DNA from: Candidatus Eiseniibacteriota bacterium
Lineage (GTDB): Bacteria; Eisenbacteria; RBG-16-71-46
Assembly (NCBI GenBank): GCA_041483195.1
Contig: JBGPFC010000005.1
Span: forward strand, 32,001-96,000
Reading direction: 5' to 3'
DNA: 64,000 nt
The translations under genes were made by a program, and so were the position numbers. Shown here piece after piece: positions 38,969-51,097 of the stretch; the first letter of the stretch is position 1; every line of letters starts with the position of its first letter. The notes beneath the pieces were generated by a model. That model ran no database searches, was not told where the DNA came from, and saw only the letters and a list, made by a program, of their open reading frames with translations.

Positions 38969-40006
38969 GTGGCGGATCCGATCGGGATCGCGGTGGTGGG
39001 CACCGGCGACTGGGGCGCGAACCTGGTGCGCAACTTCGCACGCCTCCCGGGCGCGCGTCTCGCGGCGGTGTGCGACAGCGATCCGAAGCGGCTCGCCGCC
39101 ACCGCGGCCCAGTACCCCGGGGTGCGCGCGCTGAGCGCCATCGAAGAGGTCGCGGCCGACCCCGAGGTGCAGGGCGTCGTGGTGAGCGCCTCCGCGGTGA
39201 GCCACCATCCGCTCGCCCGCGTCCTGCTGGAGGCCGGCAAGGACGTGTACGTCGAGAAGCCGCTCACCCTCGAGGTCGCGCACGCCGAGGAACTGGTGCG
39301 GATCGCGCGCGAGCGCGGGCGAATCCTGATGGTCGGCCACCTGTTGCTCTACCATCCGGCGGTGCGCTACCTGAAGGGCATGATCGACCGGGGCGAACTG
39401 GGCGACCTCTACTACATCTACTCGCAGCGCGTGAACCTGGGCAAGGTGCGGCGCGACGAGAACGCGTTGTGGAGCTTCGCGCCCCACGACCTCTCGGTGA
39501 TCCTCCACCTGCTCGACATGGAGCCGATCGACGTGGTCGCGCGCGGCTCGGCGTTTCTCCAGGGACGCGTCGAGGACGTCGTGTTCGTCGATCTGCGCTT
39601 CCCGGGCGGCAAGCTCGCCCACGTCCACGTCTCGTGGCTCGATCCCCACAAGCTCCGCAAGTTTACGGTGGTCGGCAGCCAGAAGATGGTGGTCTTCGAC
39701 GACATGGAGGCGAGCGAGAAGGTGCGGATCTACGACAAGGGCGTGGACCGTGCTGGCGAGGTCGTGTCCTACGGCGATGCGCTCACCGTGCGCAGCGGCG
39801 ACATCCTGATCCCGAAGCTCTCGCTCCAGGAACCGCTGACGATCGAGTGCAAGCACTTCGTCGAGTGCGTTCGCGAGCGCCGGGTCCCGCTCACCGATGG
39901 CGAGGGCGGGCTGCGCGTGGTCAAGGTGCTGGCCGCCGCGCAGGCGTCGCTCGAGCAGGGCGGGGCGCCGGTGCCGCTCGCCCGCGCCGCCGCGGCGGTG
40001 CGATGA
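38969..40006 (+). CDS. Gfo/Idh/MocA oxidoreductase (WbpB/WlbA-like)
   Basis: GTGDWG Rossmann motif, VEKP, APHD; GGAGG SD before GTG. Confidence 0.88.
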   Translation: MADPIGIAVVGTGDWGANLVRNFARLPGARLAAVCDSDPKRLAATAAQYPGVRALSAIEEVAADPEVQGVVVSASAVSHHPLARVLLEAGKDVYVEKPLTLEVAHAEELVRIARERGRILMVGHLLLYHPAVRYLKGMIDRGELGDLYYIYSQRVNLGKVRRDENALWSFAPHDLSVILHLLDMEPIDVVARGSAFLQGRVEDVVFVDLRFPGGKLAHVHVSWLDPHKLRKFTVVGSQKMVVFDDMEASEKVRIYDKGVDRAGEVVSYGDALTVRSGDILIPKLSLQEPLTIECKHFVECVRERRVPLTDGEGGLRVVKVLAAAQASLEQGGAPVPLARAAAAVR

Positions 40007-40761
40007 GCGCCGCGATCGATCCCGGCGCGCGCGTCGGATCCGGCACCGTCCACGGCGAGGGCTGCGTGATCGCGGCCGGCGTGGTGATCGGATCGGGCTG
40101 CGTGCTCGGACATCACGTCGTCATCCACGCCGACACCGTGATCGGAAACGGGGTGCGGATCGACGACCACGCCACCCTCGGCAAGCGCCCGATGCGCGCC
40201 GCGAATTCCGCGACCACCCGCGAGCAGGAGCTGCCGGCGCTCACGATCGGAGACACCTGCATCGTCGGGACCGGCGTGGTGCTGTATCGCGGGGCGCGGA
40301 TCGACGCGCGGGTGTTGATGGCCGACCTGTGCACGGTGCGCGAGAACGTGACCATCGGGCGCGGGACGATCGTGGGGCGCGGCGTGACGGTCGAGAATTT
40401 CTGCACGGTGGGCCGCTATTGCAAGCTCGAGAGCGAGTGCTACATCACGGCTTACTCCGCGCTCGAGGATCGCGTGTTCGTTGCGCCGGGCGTCGTGACC
40501 TCGAACGACAACTACGTCGGGCGCACCGCGGAGCGATTCAAGCACTTCAAGGGCGTGACCGTGAAGCGGGGAGGACGGATCGGCGCCGGCGCCGTGCTGC
40601 TGCCGGGAATCACGATCGGAGAGGATGGCCTGGTCGCTGCCGGCTCGGTCGTGACCCGCGACGTGCCGGCGCGCACCATCGTGATGGGGTCTCCCGCGCG
40701 GGTGTGGCGCGAGGTGCCGGTCGAACAGTTGCTCGAGAACCAGGGCTGGGTGGACGCGTGA
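40003..40761 (+). CDS. Hexapeptide-repeat N-acetyltransferase (WbpD/WlbB-like)
   Basis: Left-handed beta-helix repeats; VAAGSVVTRDVP...GSPAR. Confidence 0.88.
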   Translation: MSAAIDPGARVGSGTVHGEGCVIAAGVVIGSGCVLGHHVVIHADTVIGNGVRIDDHATLGKRPMRAANSATTREQELPALTIGDTCIVGTGVVLYRGARIDARVLMADLCTVRENVTIGRGTIVGRGVTVENFCTVGRYCKLESECYITAYSALEDRVFVAPGVVTSNDNYVGRTAERFKHFKGVTVKRGGRIGAGAVLLPGITIGEDGLVAAGSVVTRDVPARTIVMGSPARVWREVPVEQLLENQGWVDA

Positions 40762-40786
40762 GCGTCGGAGAAGGGGGAACGTTGCG

Positions 40787-41917
40787 ATGACCGCCATGCC
40801 GACCAAATCCGCCATGAACGTGCCGCTGCTGGACCTCAAGGCGCAGTATGCGGACATCCGACACGACATCGACGAAGCCGTGCGGCGCGTCATGGAGAGC
40901 ACCCGCTTCATCGGCGGCCCCGAGGTGAGCGGCCTCGAGGAGGAGATCGCGCGCTACTCGCAGTGCGCCCACGCCGTGGCCTGCGCCTCTGGCACCGATG
41001 CGCTCCTGCTCGCGATCTGGGCGCTGGGGCTGGGACCGGGCGACGAGGTCGTCACCAGCGCGTACTCGTTCTTCGCGAGCGCCGGCACCATCGTGAACAA
41101 CGGCGCCACGCCGGTATTCGTCGACGTCGATCCGCGCACCTACAACCTGGACCCGCATCGCCTCGAGGCGGCGTTGACCCCGCGGACCAAGGCGGTCATG
41201 GCGGTCCACCTGTTCGGGCAGTGCTCCGACATGACGGCGATCAAGGCCATCTGCGACAAGCACAAGGTGTGGCTGATCGAGGACGCCGCGCAGGCGATCG
41301 GTTCGGAGTGGGAGGGAAGGCGGGCCGGCTCGATGGGCGACTACGGCTGCTTCTCGTTCTTCCCATCGAAGAACCTGGGCGCGATGGGGGACGGGGGCAT
41401 GATGGTGACCCAGAACGCCGACTACGCGGATCGCGTGCGACTGCTCCGCGAGCACGGCGCCCGGCCCAAGTACCACCACGGCATGGTCGGGACCAACTCG
41501 CGGCTCGATGCGCTCCAGGCCGCGATCCTGCGCGTCAAGCTCCGCCACCTCGATCGGTGGAGCGAGGGCCGCGCGAAGAACGCGGGGCTCTACGACCGCC
41601 TGTTCGAGGGCTCGCGGGTCGGCCGGCCGTATCGCGATCCGCGCGCGCGCCACATCTACAACCAGTACGTCATTCGCGTGCCCCGGCGCGACGAGCTCAA
41701 GACCTGGCTCGGCGAGCGCGGCATCGGCACCGAGGTCTACTATCCGATCCCGCTGCACCTGCAGAAGTGCTTCGCGTCGCTCGGACACAAGGCGGGCGAC
41801 ATGCCGCATTCGGAAGCCGCGGCGCGCGAGACGCTCGCGCTCCCGATCTACCCGGAGCTCACGGAGGACCAGATCCGTTACGTCGCGGCCAGCGTGCGCG
41901 ACTTCACGGACGCCTAG
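40787..41917 (+). CDS. DegT/DnrJ/EryC1/StrS aminotransferase (WbpE/WlbC-like)
   Basis: SGTDAL, EDAAQA, SFFPSKNLG, GDGG, NSRLDALQAAIL motifs. Confidence 0.93.
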   Translation: MTAMPTKSAMNVPLLDLKAQYADIRHDIDEAVRRVMESTRFIGGPEVSGLEEEIARYSQCAHAVACASGTDALLLAIWALGLGPGDEVVTSAYSFFASAGTIVNNGATPVFVDVDPRTYNLDPHRLEAALTPRTKAVMAVHLFGQCSDMTAIKAICDKHKVWLIEDAAQAIGSEWEGRRAGSMGDYGCFSFFPSKNLGAMGDGGMMVTQNADYADRVRLLREHGARPKYHHGMVGTNSRLDALQAAILRVKLRHLDRWSEGRAKNAGLYDRLFEGSRVGRPYRDPRARHIYNQYVIRVPRRDELKTWLGERGIGTEVYYPIPLHLQKCFASLGHKAGDMPHSEAAARETLALPIYPELTEDQIRYVAASVRDFTDA

Positions 41918-42030
41918 CACCACATCGCCACGCGGCGCGCCCTCACCTACCCGCCCTGAGGCGGCGCGCCGGCTCGAAACTCCGAGGCGCATCGACCGTG
42001 CCCCACTCGTCGATGCTCGAGTCGGTATCC

Positions 42031-43989
42031 ATGGATGGCTTGCGGCACGACGCGCTGCGCGAGTTGTTGCGGCGGGTGGACGAGGTGCGCGGACTCTCCG
42101 AGCGCTCCGACGTCCCGACCGCGCTCGTTCCCGGCGACACCGACGCGCTGATCCGCACCCTGAGCGAGCTGGTCGAGGAGCTCGAGCGGAGCCATCGCCG
42201 CCTGATCGAGACCAACGTCCAGCTGGTCTCGCTGCGCGAGGTCGCGAGCAGCATGGTGAGCGCGCTGGATGCGGGTGAGACCACCCGCACCGTCACGCGC
42301 TACCTGTGCCGCGCGTTCGGTTTCGAGGACGTGTTCCTGCTCCTGATCGATCGCGAGGCCGGCCGGCTGGAGGGTACCTGGACCCATCGCGCGGGGGAGC
42401 GCGAGCACAGCCATGCCCTCGACCTGCCGCTGCTCGGCGACCACGGCTCGCTGACCCGCGCGCTCTGGCTGAACCGCACCGTGGTACAGCACGCGCCGCG
42501 CTTCCACCTGCCCGCGCTGCTGCCCGACGGCCACCCGCTGCAGGACACGTTCGAGGGGCTGGGACAGGTGGTCAGCGTCCCGCTGCAGCGGAGCCATCTG
42601 GTGCTGCCCGCGACCGAGCCCCACGAGCTGTGCGGGGCGCGCTGCATCCTGGGCGACGCCACGCTGCTCGCCCCGCCCCCGGGCCCGTCCGCTGAGCACT
42701 GGGCGCTGGAGCGCGAGGAGCGCCAGCAGCACTGCCTGCAGTGCGACCTGCTCCCGGTGCTGGGGGTGATCGGCATCGCGCGCCGCGCGGCGACGCTCCC
42801 GGAGGACGGGGGGGACGCGACCCTGCTCGAGTCGATCGCGCTCTCGGTGGCCCCGGTCGTTGAGAACGCCCGGCTCTACCAGGAGCTGCGGCGGAGCGAG
42901 CGCTTCCGCGAGCACGTGCTCGACAGCATGTCGAGCGCGCTGGTCGCGGTCAACATGAAGGGCGAGATCCTGACGTTCAATCGTGCGGCCGAGGAACTAC
43001 TCGGGTACCCGGAGGCGGAAGTGCTGGGGCAGCCCTTCGGCGCGTTGTTCGGCGGCGAGGGCGAGGCCCTGCTGCGCTCGACCCTGGAGCACGGCCGCGA
43101 GACCCGGCGCGAGGAGACCGTGTTGCGCGCCCGCGACGGCGCGCCGGTCCCGGTGAGCCTCACGACCTCGCTGCTGCGCCAGGAGCGCCGCAACATCTAC
43201 GGCGCGATCGCCACCTTCGTGGACCTGACCCCCATCAAGCGCGCGGAGGAGCACGCGCGCCGCCTCGACCGGCTCGCGGCGCTCGGACGCTTCACGTCGA
43301 GTGTCGCGCACGAGATCCGCAATCCGCTCACCGGCATCGCGGCCGGCGTGCAGTATCTCACCCGCCGCCTCGGCGTCGACGACCCGCAGCGGGAGAATCT
43401 CGACTTCATCCAGAGCGAGATCAAGCGCCTCGACCGCATCCTCCAGGACCTGTTCGACATCACGCACCCGCGTGAATTGCGGCTCGAGGTCACGCCGGTC
43501 GAGGACGCCGCCCGGCGCGCGATCCACTGCGTCGAGGCGTTGAGCGCGGAACGCGGGGTGACGATCCGGCTCGAGGTCGCGCCGCGCACGCCGGCGGTCG
43601 CGCACGACGCCGAGCAGATCGAGCAGGTGCTCATCAACCTCATCAAGAACGGGATCGAGGCCTCGCCCACGGACGCGCCGCTCGACGTCGTGCTCGGCCC
43701 GTCCGCGGCGCCGGCGCGCGGCAGCACCGGTTCACCGCGCCCGCGCCCCTCGGCGCCCGGTATCGTGCTGCGCATCCAGGACCGGGGCTGCGGCATCCCC
43801 TCCGAGCACCTCCGCACGGTATTCGAGCCCTTCTTCACGACCAAGCCCGGCGGCAGCGGGCTCGGTCTGTACATCAGCCACGACATCGTGAAGCGACACG
43901 GCGGCAGCATGACCGTGCTCAGCGAGGCAGGACGCGGCACCACCTTCGTGGTCGAGCTGCCGCTGGAACACACCGGAGGGAACCCATGA
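42031..43989 (+). CDS. Cytoplasmic sensor histidine kinase (GAF-PAS-HisKA-HATPase); start may be 41998
   Basis: AHEIRNPL H box, NLIKNG N box, DRGCG, FEPFFTTK, GSGLGL; PAS FNRAAEELLGY. Confidence 0.92.
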   Translation: MDGLRHDALRELLRRVDEVRGLSERSDVPTALVPGDTDALIRTLSELVEELERSHRRLIETNVQLVSLREVASSMVSALDAGETTRTVTRYLCRAFGFEDVFLLLIDREAGRLEGTWTHRAGEREHSHALDLPLLGDHGSLTRALWLNRTVVQHAPRFHLPALLPDGHPLQDTFEGLGQVVSVPLQRSHLVLPATEPHELCGARCILGDATLLAPPPGPSAEHWALEREERQQHCLQCDLLPVLGVIGIARRAATLPEDGGDATLLESIALSVAPVVENARLYQELRRSERFREHVLDSMSSALVAVNMKGEILTFNRAAEELLGYPEAEVLGQPFGALFGGEGEALLRSTLEHGRETRREETVLRARDGAPVPVSLTTSLLRQERRNIYGAIATFVDLTPIKRAEEHARRLDRLAALGRFTSSVAHEIRNPLTGIAAGVQYLTRRLGVDDPQRENLDFIQSEIKRLDRILQDLFDITHPRELRLEVTPVEDAARRAIHCVEALSAERGVTIRLEVAPRTPAVAHDAEQIEQVLINLIKNGIEASPTDAPLDVVLGPSAAPARGSTGSPRPRPSAPGIVLRIQDRGCGIPSEHLRTVFEPFFTTKPGGSGLGLYISHDIVKRHGGSMTVLSEAGRGTTFVVELPLEHTGGNP

Positions 43990-45410
43990 GCAAGGCCAAG
44001 ATCCTGGTCGTGGACGACCAGGATTCGATCCGACACTTCGTGAGCAAGGCTTTCGAGGCCGAGGGCTACGACGTCCAGACCACGGGCTCCGTCCGCGAGA
44101 CGCGTGAGGCGCTCGAGGCCGGCATCCCCGATCTCGCCGTGCTCGATCTCAAGCTGCCGGACGGCTCCGGCCTCGATCTGCTGCGCGAGATCAAGCGACT
44201 GGACCCCGACGTGGGCGTGATCCTCATGACGGCGTTCGGCGAGCTCGAGACCGCGGTCGAGGCCATGCACGCCGGTGCGTACTGGTTCGTGAAGAAACCG
44301 TTCCAGAACGAGGAGCTCATGGCGCTCGCGGCCCGCGCCCTCGACTCGCAGAAGATGCGGCTGGTGCTGCGGCGGCTGCGTCATCAGGCGTTCGCCGACG
44401 AGGACTTCCTCCACTCGTCGTCGCCCGCCATGCAGGAGGCCTACGCGATCGCGGAGCAGGTGGCGCGCGGGGACACCACCAGCGTGCTGATCGAGGGGGA
44501 GAGCGGGACCGGCAAGGAGTACTTCGCCAATCTCATCCACCGCATGAGCGCCCGGCACGACCAGCCGTTCGTCGAGATCAACTGCGCCGCCATCCCCAGC
44601 GAGCTGCTCGAGAGCGAGCTGTTCGGCCACGAGAAGGGCGCGTTCACGGATGCCCGCGCCCAGAAACAGGGCCTCATGGAGCTGGCGAGCGGCGGGACGC
44701 TGTTCCTCGACGAGATCGGGGAGATGAACCCGATGCTGCAGGTCAAGCTGCTGCGCGTGCTCGAGCGCCGCATCTTCAAGCGGGTCGGCGGCACCAAGGA
44801 CATCAGCGTCAACCTGCGCGTCATCTCGGCGACCAACCAGAACCTCGAGAAGATGGCGCGCGAGGGCGGGTTCCGCGAGGACCTCTACTACCGGCTCAAG
44901 GTCGTGCCGCTCTACGTGCCGCCGCTGCGGGAGCGCAAGGAGGACATCATCCCGCTCTCGCGCCTCTTCATGGACCGCTTCTCGCGGCAGTTCCGAAAGC
45001 CGTTCCGCGACATCACCCCGGCCGCCGAGCGACTGCTGCTCGACTACCCGTGGCCTGGCAACATCCGCGAGCTGAAGAACCTGTTCGAGCGCACCGTGCT
45101 GCTGGAGGCGGCCGAGATGCTCGAGCCGCAGCACCTCAAGCTGGTGTCGCGCTCGCGTCCGGCGGCGGAGAGCACGCTCGGCCAGCGCATCGACGAATTC
45201 ATGAACGGCACGCTTCCGGCGGAGGGGGTTCCCTTCGAGGCGGTGGTCGAGGAGCTGGAGCGCGCCTTGATTCTGCGGGCCTCGTATGCTACCAAGTGGA
45301 ACCAGAGTCGCACCGCGGACCTGCTGAACCTGAAGCGCGACAAGCTGCGCTACCGCATGAAGCTCTACGACCTGCACCCGGAGAACGGTTCCGCCACGCT
45401 CTCCCCCTAG
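43986..45410 (+). CDS. NtrC-family sigma-54 response regulator
   Basis: Receiver domain (VVDD, LDLKLPD), [40 protein letters not shown]. Confidence 0.95.
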   Translation: MSKAKILVVDDQDSIRHFVSKAFEAEGYDVQTTGSVRETREALEAGIPDLAVLDLKLPDGSGLDLLREIKRLDPDVGVILMTAFGELETAVEAMHAGAYWFVKKPFQNEELMALAARALDSQKMRLVLRRLRHQAFADEDFLHSSSPAMQEAYAIAEQVARGDTTSVLIEGESGTGKEYFANLIHRMSARHDQPFVEINCAAIPSELLESELFGHEKGAFTDARAQKQGLMELASGGTLFLDEIGEMNPMLQVKLLRVLERRIFKRVGGTKDISVNLRVISATNQNLEKMAREGGFREDLYYRLKVVPLYVPPLRERKEDIIPLSRLFMDRFSRQFRKPFRDITPAAERLLLDYPWPGNIRELKNLFERTVLLEAAEMLEPQHLKLVSRSRPAAESTLGQRIDEFMNGTLPAEGVPFEAVVEELERALILRASYATKWNQSRTADLLNLKRDKLRYRMKLYDLHPENGSATLSP

Positions 45411-45419
45411 GCCCACCGC

Positions 45420-45932
45420 TTGCCGAACCGCCTGACGAGCATCGTCCTGATGGGTATCGCGCTCGTCGCCGGTTCGTGCGCGTACGGCACCAGCACCGCG
45501 CTGCTGCCGGCCCACCTCAAGTCGGTGGCGATCCCCGCCTTCGAGAACACCACGTCCGACTACACGCTCCAGCAGGAGCTGACCGACGCGGTCGTGACGC
45601 GATTCGTACAGGACAATCACCTGCGCATCGTGGACGAGCACACCGCGGACGCGGTGGTGCGCGGCAAGATCATCGGATACAAGAACTCGGTGTTCGGGTT
45701 CTCCACCGAAGCCCGCGCCCAGGAATACCGGGTGACGATCACGGTCTCCGTCGTCTTCAAGGACCAGGTGAAGAACCGCGAGATCTGGAGCGAACCCAAC
45801 CTGGTGAAGACCGCGAACTATTACGTGCAGGACGTCCCCGGCCAGACCGCGAAGACCGAGCTCGACGGGCGCAAGGAAGCCGTCCAGAAGATCGCCGATG
45901 AAATCCTCAGCCGGTCGGTCGAGAGCTGGTAG
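45420..45932 (+). CDS. lptE: LptE family lipoprotein
   Basis: Lipobox AGSC; LKSVAIPAFEN; adjacent to holA and leuS. Confidence 0.8.
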   Translation: MPNRLTSIVLMGIALVAGSCAYGTSTALLPAHLKSVAIPAFENTTSDYTLQQELTDAVVTRFVQDNHLRIVDEHTADAVVRGKIIGYKNSVFGFSTEARAQEYRVTITVSVVFKDQVKNREIWSEPNLVKTANYYVQDVPGQTAKTELDGRKEAVQKIADEILSRSVESW

Positions 45933-46956
45933 CGGCGCGGCCGCCGCGGCGCGCCCCTCCGCGGCCCCCGCCCGGAACCGCGCGGTTCCCGCGCTGCCCA
46001 CCGCCGAGCTGTTCGAGCGTTTCGATCGGGGCGCGTTCCCTTCCACGCTCTACGTCGAGGGGCCGAGCGAGCCGCTGAAGGCCGCCCTGCTCGCGGAGCT
46101 GCGCCACGCGTGGGCCGCCGCGACGCCGCAGTCGCCCGCTGCGCGCGTATTGCGCGCCGCCGAATCGAGCGCCGAGGAAATCCTCGCGATCTTCCAGGGC
46201 GCTTCGCTGTTCAGCCCGCGCGATCTGGTGATCGTCCTCGAGGTGGAAGACCTCGCACGCAGCGAGAAACGTGCGACCGCCCTCGCGCAGGGGCTCTCGC
46301 GCCCCGCCGGCGAATCGACGCTGGTGCTGGTCGAATCCGCATCCGACGCCGCGCGCAAGTCACTGGACGAGGTGCGGTCCGCATGCGCCGCACGGTGGAT
46401 CGCGTGGCCGGCGCCGCGCGCCGAGCTGCGCGCATGGGGCGCGCGCCGCCTCGCCCGCGAGCGGGTGGAAGCGGAGCGCGGAGCGCTCGAAGCGGTGGTC
46501 GAGGCGTGCGAGGGCGACGCGCTCGCATTCTTCAACGAGCTCGGCAAGCTGATCGCGCTGGCCGCGCCGGGCGGACGTCTCGGAGCGGACGACGTCGCGG
46601 CCGTGCTCCGGCCGGCACTCGGCGCCGAGCTTCCGGAATACCTCGCCGCGGTCGCGCTCGGCCAGCCGGCGATCGCCTCTCAGCGGCTGGGCCGCCTGCT
46701 GGCGGCGGGAGTGGGCGAGGGGGCGGTCCTCTTCTCGCTCTCGAACCTGGTGGGCGGCGCGCTCGGCGGCTGGGCGCGCAGCCCCGATCTGAGTGCCGCG
46801 CTGCGGCGCAGGCTCCCGCCGCGGGCGCTGAGCCGCGCGCTGGACGCGATGTATCGCGCCGAGGCGGCCTGGAAGGGCGGCCGCGCGGACGTGGTGGCGG
46901 TGCTGGAGCAGGCGACGCGCTCGGTGTGCGCCCCGGACCTTCCCGGAGATCGCTGA
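45898..46956 (+). CDS. holA: DNA polymerase III delta subunit, divergent (start uncertain)
   Basis: ASLFSPR and NELGKL motifs; position next to lptE/leuS. Confidence 0.7.
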   Translation: MKSSAGRSRAGSGAAAAARPSAAPARNRAVPALPTAELFERFDRGAFPSTLYVEGPSEPLKAALLAELRHAWAAATPQSPAARVLRAAESSAEEILAIFQGASLFSPRDLVIVLEVEDLARSEKRATALAQGLSRPAGESTLVLVESASDAARKSLDEVRSACAARWIAWPAPRAELRAWGARRLARERVEAERGALEAVVEACEGDALAFFNELGKLIALAAPGGRLGADDVAAVLRPALGAELPEYLAAVALGQPAIASQRLGRLLAAGVGEGAVLFSLSNLVGGALGGWARSPDLSAALRRRLPPRALSRALDAMYRAEAAWKGGRADVVAVLEQATRSVCAPDLPGDR

Positions 46957-47031
46957 TCCCTCCGCCGCCGGCGTGACGGCCGCCGCCGCTGCGGTTATTC
47001 TCCGAGTCTCACCCCTCTCACGGGATCGGTC

Positions 47032-49482
<2,451 letters not shown>

Positions 49483-49572
49483 CGGCCGGGCGCGGGAGGG
49501 ATTCGGGCTTCCCGCGCCCGCCGGCCCGGATCTCGAACGACTCGCGGGCGGCGGCTCTGTCGCACGGTCGTA

Positions 49573-49600
49573 GGTTTACATAATAACTCTTATGCGACAT
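49573..49600 (-). other. dif site (XerC/XerD chromosome dimer resolution site)
   Basis: Minus strand ATGTCGCATAA-GAGTTA-TTATGTAAACC: 11-6-11 layout resembling the dif consensus; AT-rich island in an intergenic gap. Confidence 0.85.
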
Positions 49601-49692
49601 GCACCCCGGAGCCCGGGCAGCGGCCTTCGCGGCCATTCGCCCCCGATCCGCGCCGCCACGGCCCTCGCCCTCCGATCCGCTATGCTGCCCTC

Positions 49693-51051
49693 ATGCGATC
49701 CATCAACCCCACGACCGGCCGGCTGATCGCCGAATATCCCGAGCATGGGGCCGCGGCGGTCGACGCACGGCTCGCGGCCGCGCGCACGGCGCAGTCGGCG
49801 TGGCGGGGATCCGAGCCCGCATTCCGCGCCGGCCGCCTCCTCGAGGCGGCGCGCCTCCTGCGGCAACGCCGGTCCGAACTCGCCGGGCTCATGACCATGG
49901 AAATGGGAAAGCCCATCGCCGCCGCCGAGGCCGAAGTCGAGAAATGCACATGGGTCTGCGAGCACTACGCTCAGCATGGAGCGCGCATGCTCGAACCCGA
50001 GACGATCGCGACCGACGCATCGCGCAGCCTGGTGCGATACGAGCCGCTGGGCCTGGTGCTCGCGGTCATGCCGTGGAATTTCCCGCTGTGGCAGGTATTC
50101 CGGTGCGCGGCGCCGGCGCTCGCCGCGGGTAACGGCGTCGTGTTGAAGCACGCCTCGAACGTGCCGGGCTGCGCGCTCGCGATCGAGTCGGTGTTCGAGG
50201 CGAGCGGCCTGCCACCCGGGTTGTTCACGACGCTCCTGGTGCCGTCGTCCGCCGTCCCATCCTTGATCGCGCATCCCGCGATCGCCGCGGTCTCCCTGAC
50301 CGGCAGCGAGGCCGCGGGCGCCGCGGTCGCGGCAGCTGCCGGGATGTCGATCAAGAAGACGGTGCTCGAGCTCGGCGGCTCGGATCCGTTCATCGTGCTC
50401 GCCGACGCCGATCCCGAGCGGGTCGCGGAGCATGCGGTCGTTGCGCGCACCCTCAACAACGGGCAGAGCTGCATCGCGGCCAAGCGCTTCATCGTCGAGG
50501 CGAAGGTCGCGGCCCGCTTCGAGCGCGCGATGATCCGGCGCATGTCGGATCTCGTGATGGGCGATCCCGCCGATCGCGCGGTGCAGATCGGGCCGCTCGC
50601 CCGCGGCGACTTGCGCGAAGAGCTCCATGCGCTGGTCTCGGACTCGATCGCAGGCGGCGCGGCGCTCCGCCTGGGCGGACGCATCCCAGAGGGTCCCGGC
50701 TTCTTCTACCCGCCGACTGTCCTCGCCGGCGTCGCGCCCGGGATGCCGGCGTTCGACGAGGAAACGTTCGGCCCGGTGGCGGCGCTCACGGCGGCGCGTG
50801 ACGCGGACGATGCCATCGCGCTGGCGAATCGCTCGCGATTCGGTCTCGGCGCGAGCGTGTGGACGGCGGACCCCGCGCGCGGCGAGGCCCTGGCCGCGGA
50901 GATCGAGGCCGGAGCGGTGTTCGTGAACGGCATCGTGAAGTCCGACCCGCGGCTCCCGTTCGGCGGCATCAAGCGATCGGGATTCGGGCGCGAGCTCGCC
51001 GTGCATGGCATCCGTGAGTTCGTGAACGCGAAGACGGTCTGGGTGCGCTGA
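49693..51051 (+). CDS. NAD(P)-dependent succinate-semialdehyde dehydrogenase (Sad/GabD1 type)
   Basis: MPWNFP, LKHA, TGS, LELGGSDP, GQSCIAAKR, EETFGP, PFGGIKRSG motifs. Confidence 0.92.
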   Translation: MRSINPTTGRLIAEYPEHGAAAVDARLAAARTAQSAWRGSEPAFRAGRLLEAARLLRQRRSELAGLMTMEMGKPIAAAEAEVEKCTWVCEHYAQHGARMLEPETIATDASRSLVRYEPLGLVLAVMPWNFPLWQVFRCAAPALAAGNGVVLKHASNVPGCALAIESVFEASGLPPGLFTTLLVPSSAVPSLIAHPAIAAVSLTGSEAAGAAVAAAAGMSIKKTVLELGGSDPFIVLADADPERVAEHAVVARTLNNGQSCIAAKRFIVEAKVAARFERAMIRRMSDLVMGDPADRAVQIGPLARGDLREELHALVSDSIAGGAALRLGGRIPEGPGFFYPPTVLAGVAPGMPAFDEETFGPVAALTAARDADDAIALANRSRFGLGASVWTADPARGEALAAEIEAGAVFVNGIVKSDPRLPFGGIKRSGFGRELAVHGIREFVNAKTVWVR

Positions 51052-51097
51052 GGCTCTCCGGCCCGCGCGGCCGGGGTCCCTCCCGCACCGCGCCCGC

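Noticed and set aside
44630..44660. GAFTDA instead of GAFTGA in the bEBP
   Set aside because: Common variant; not evidence of a new function
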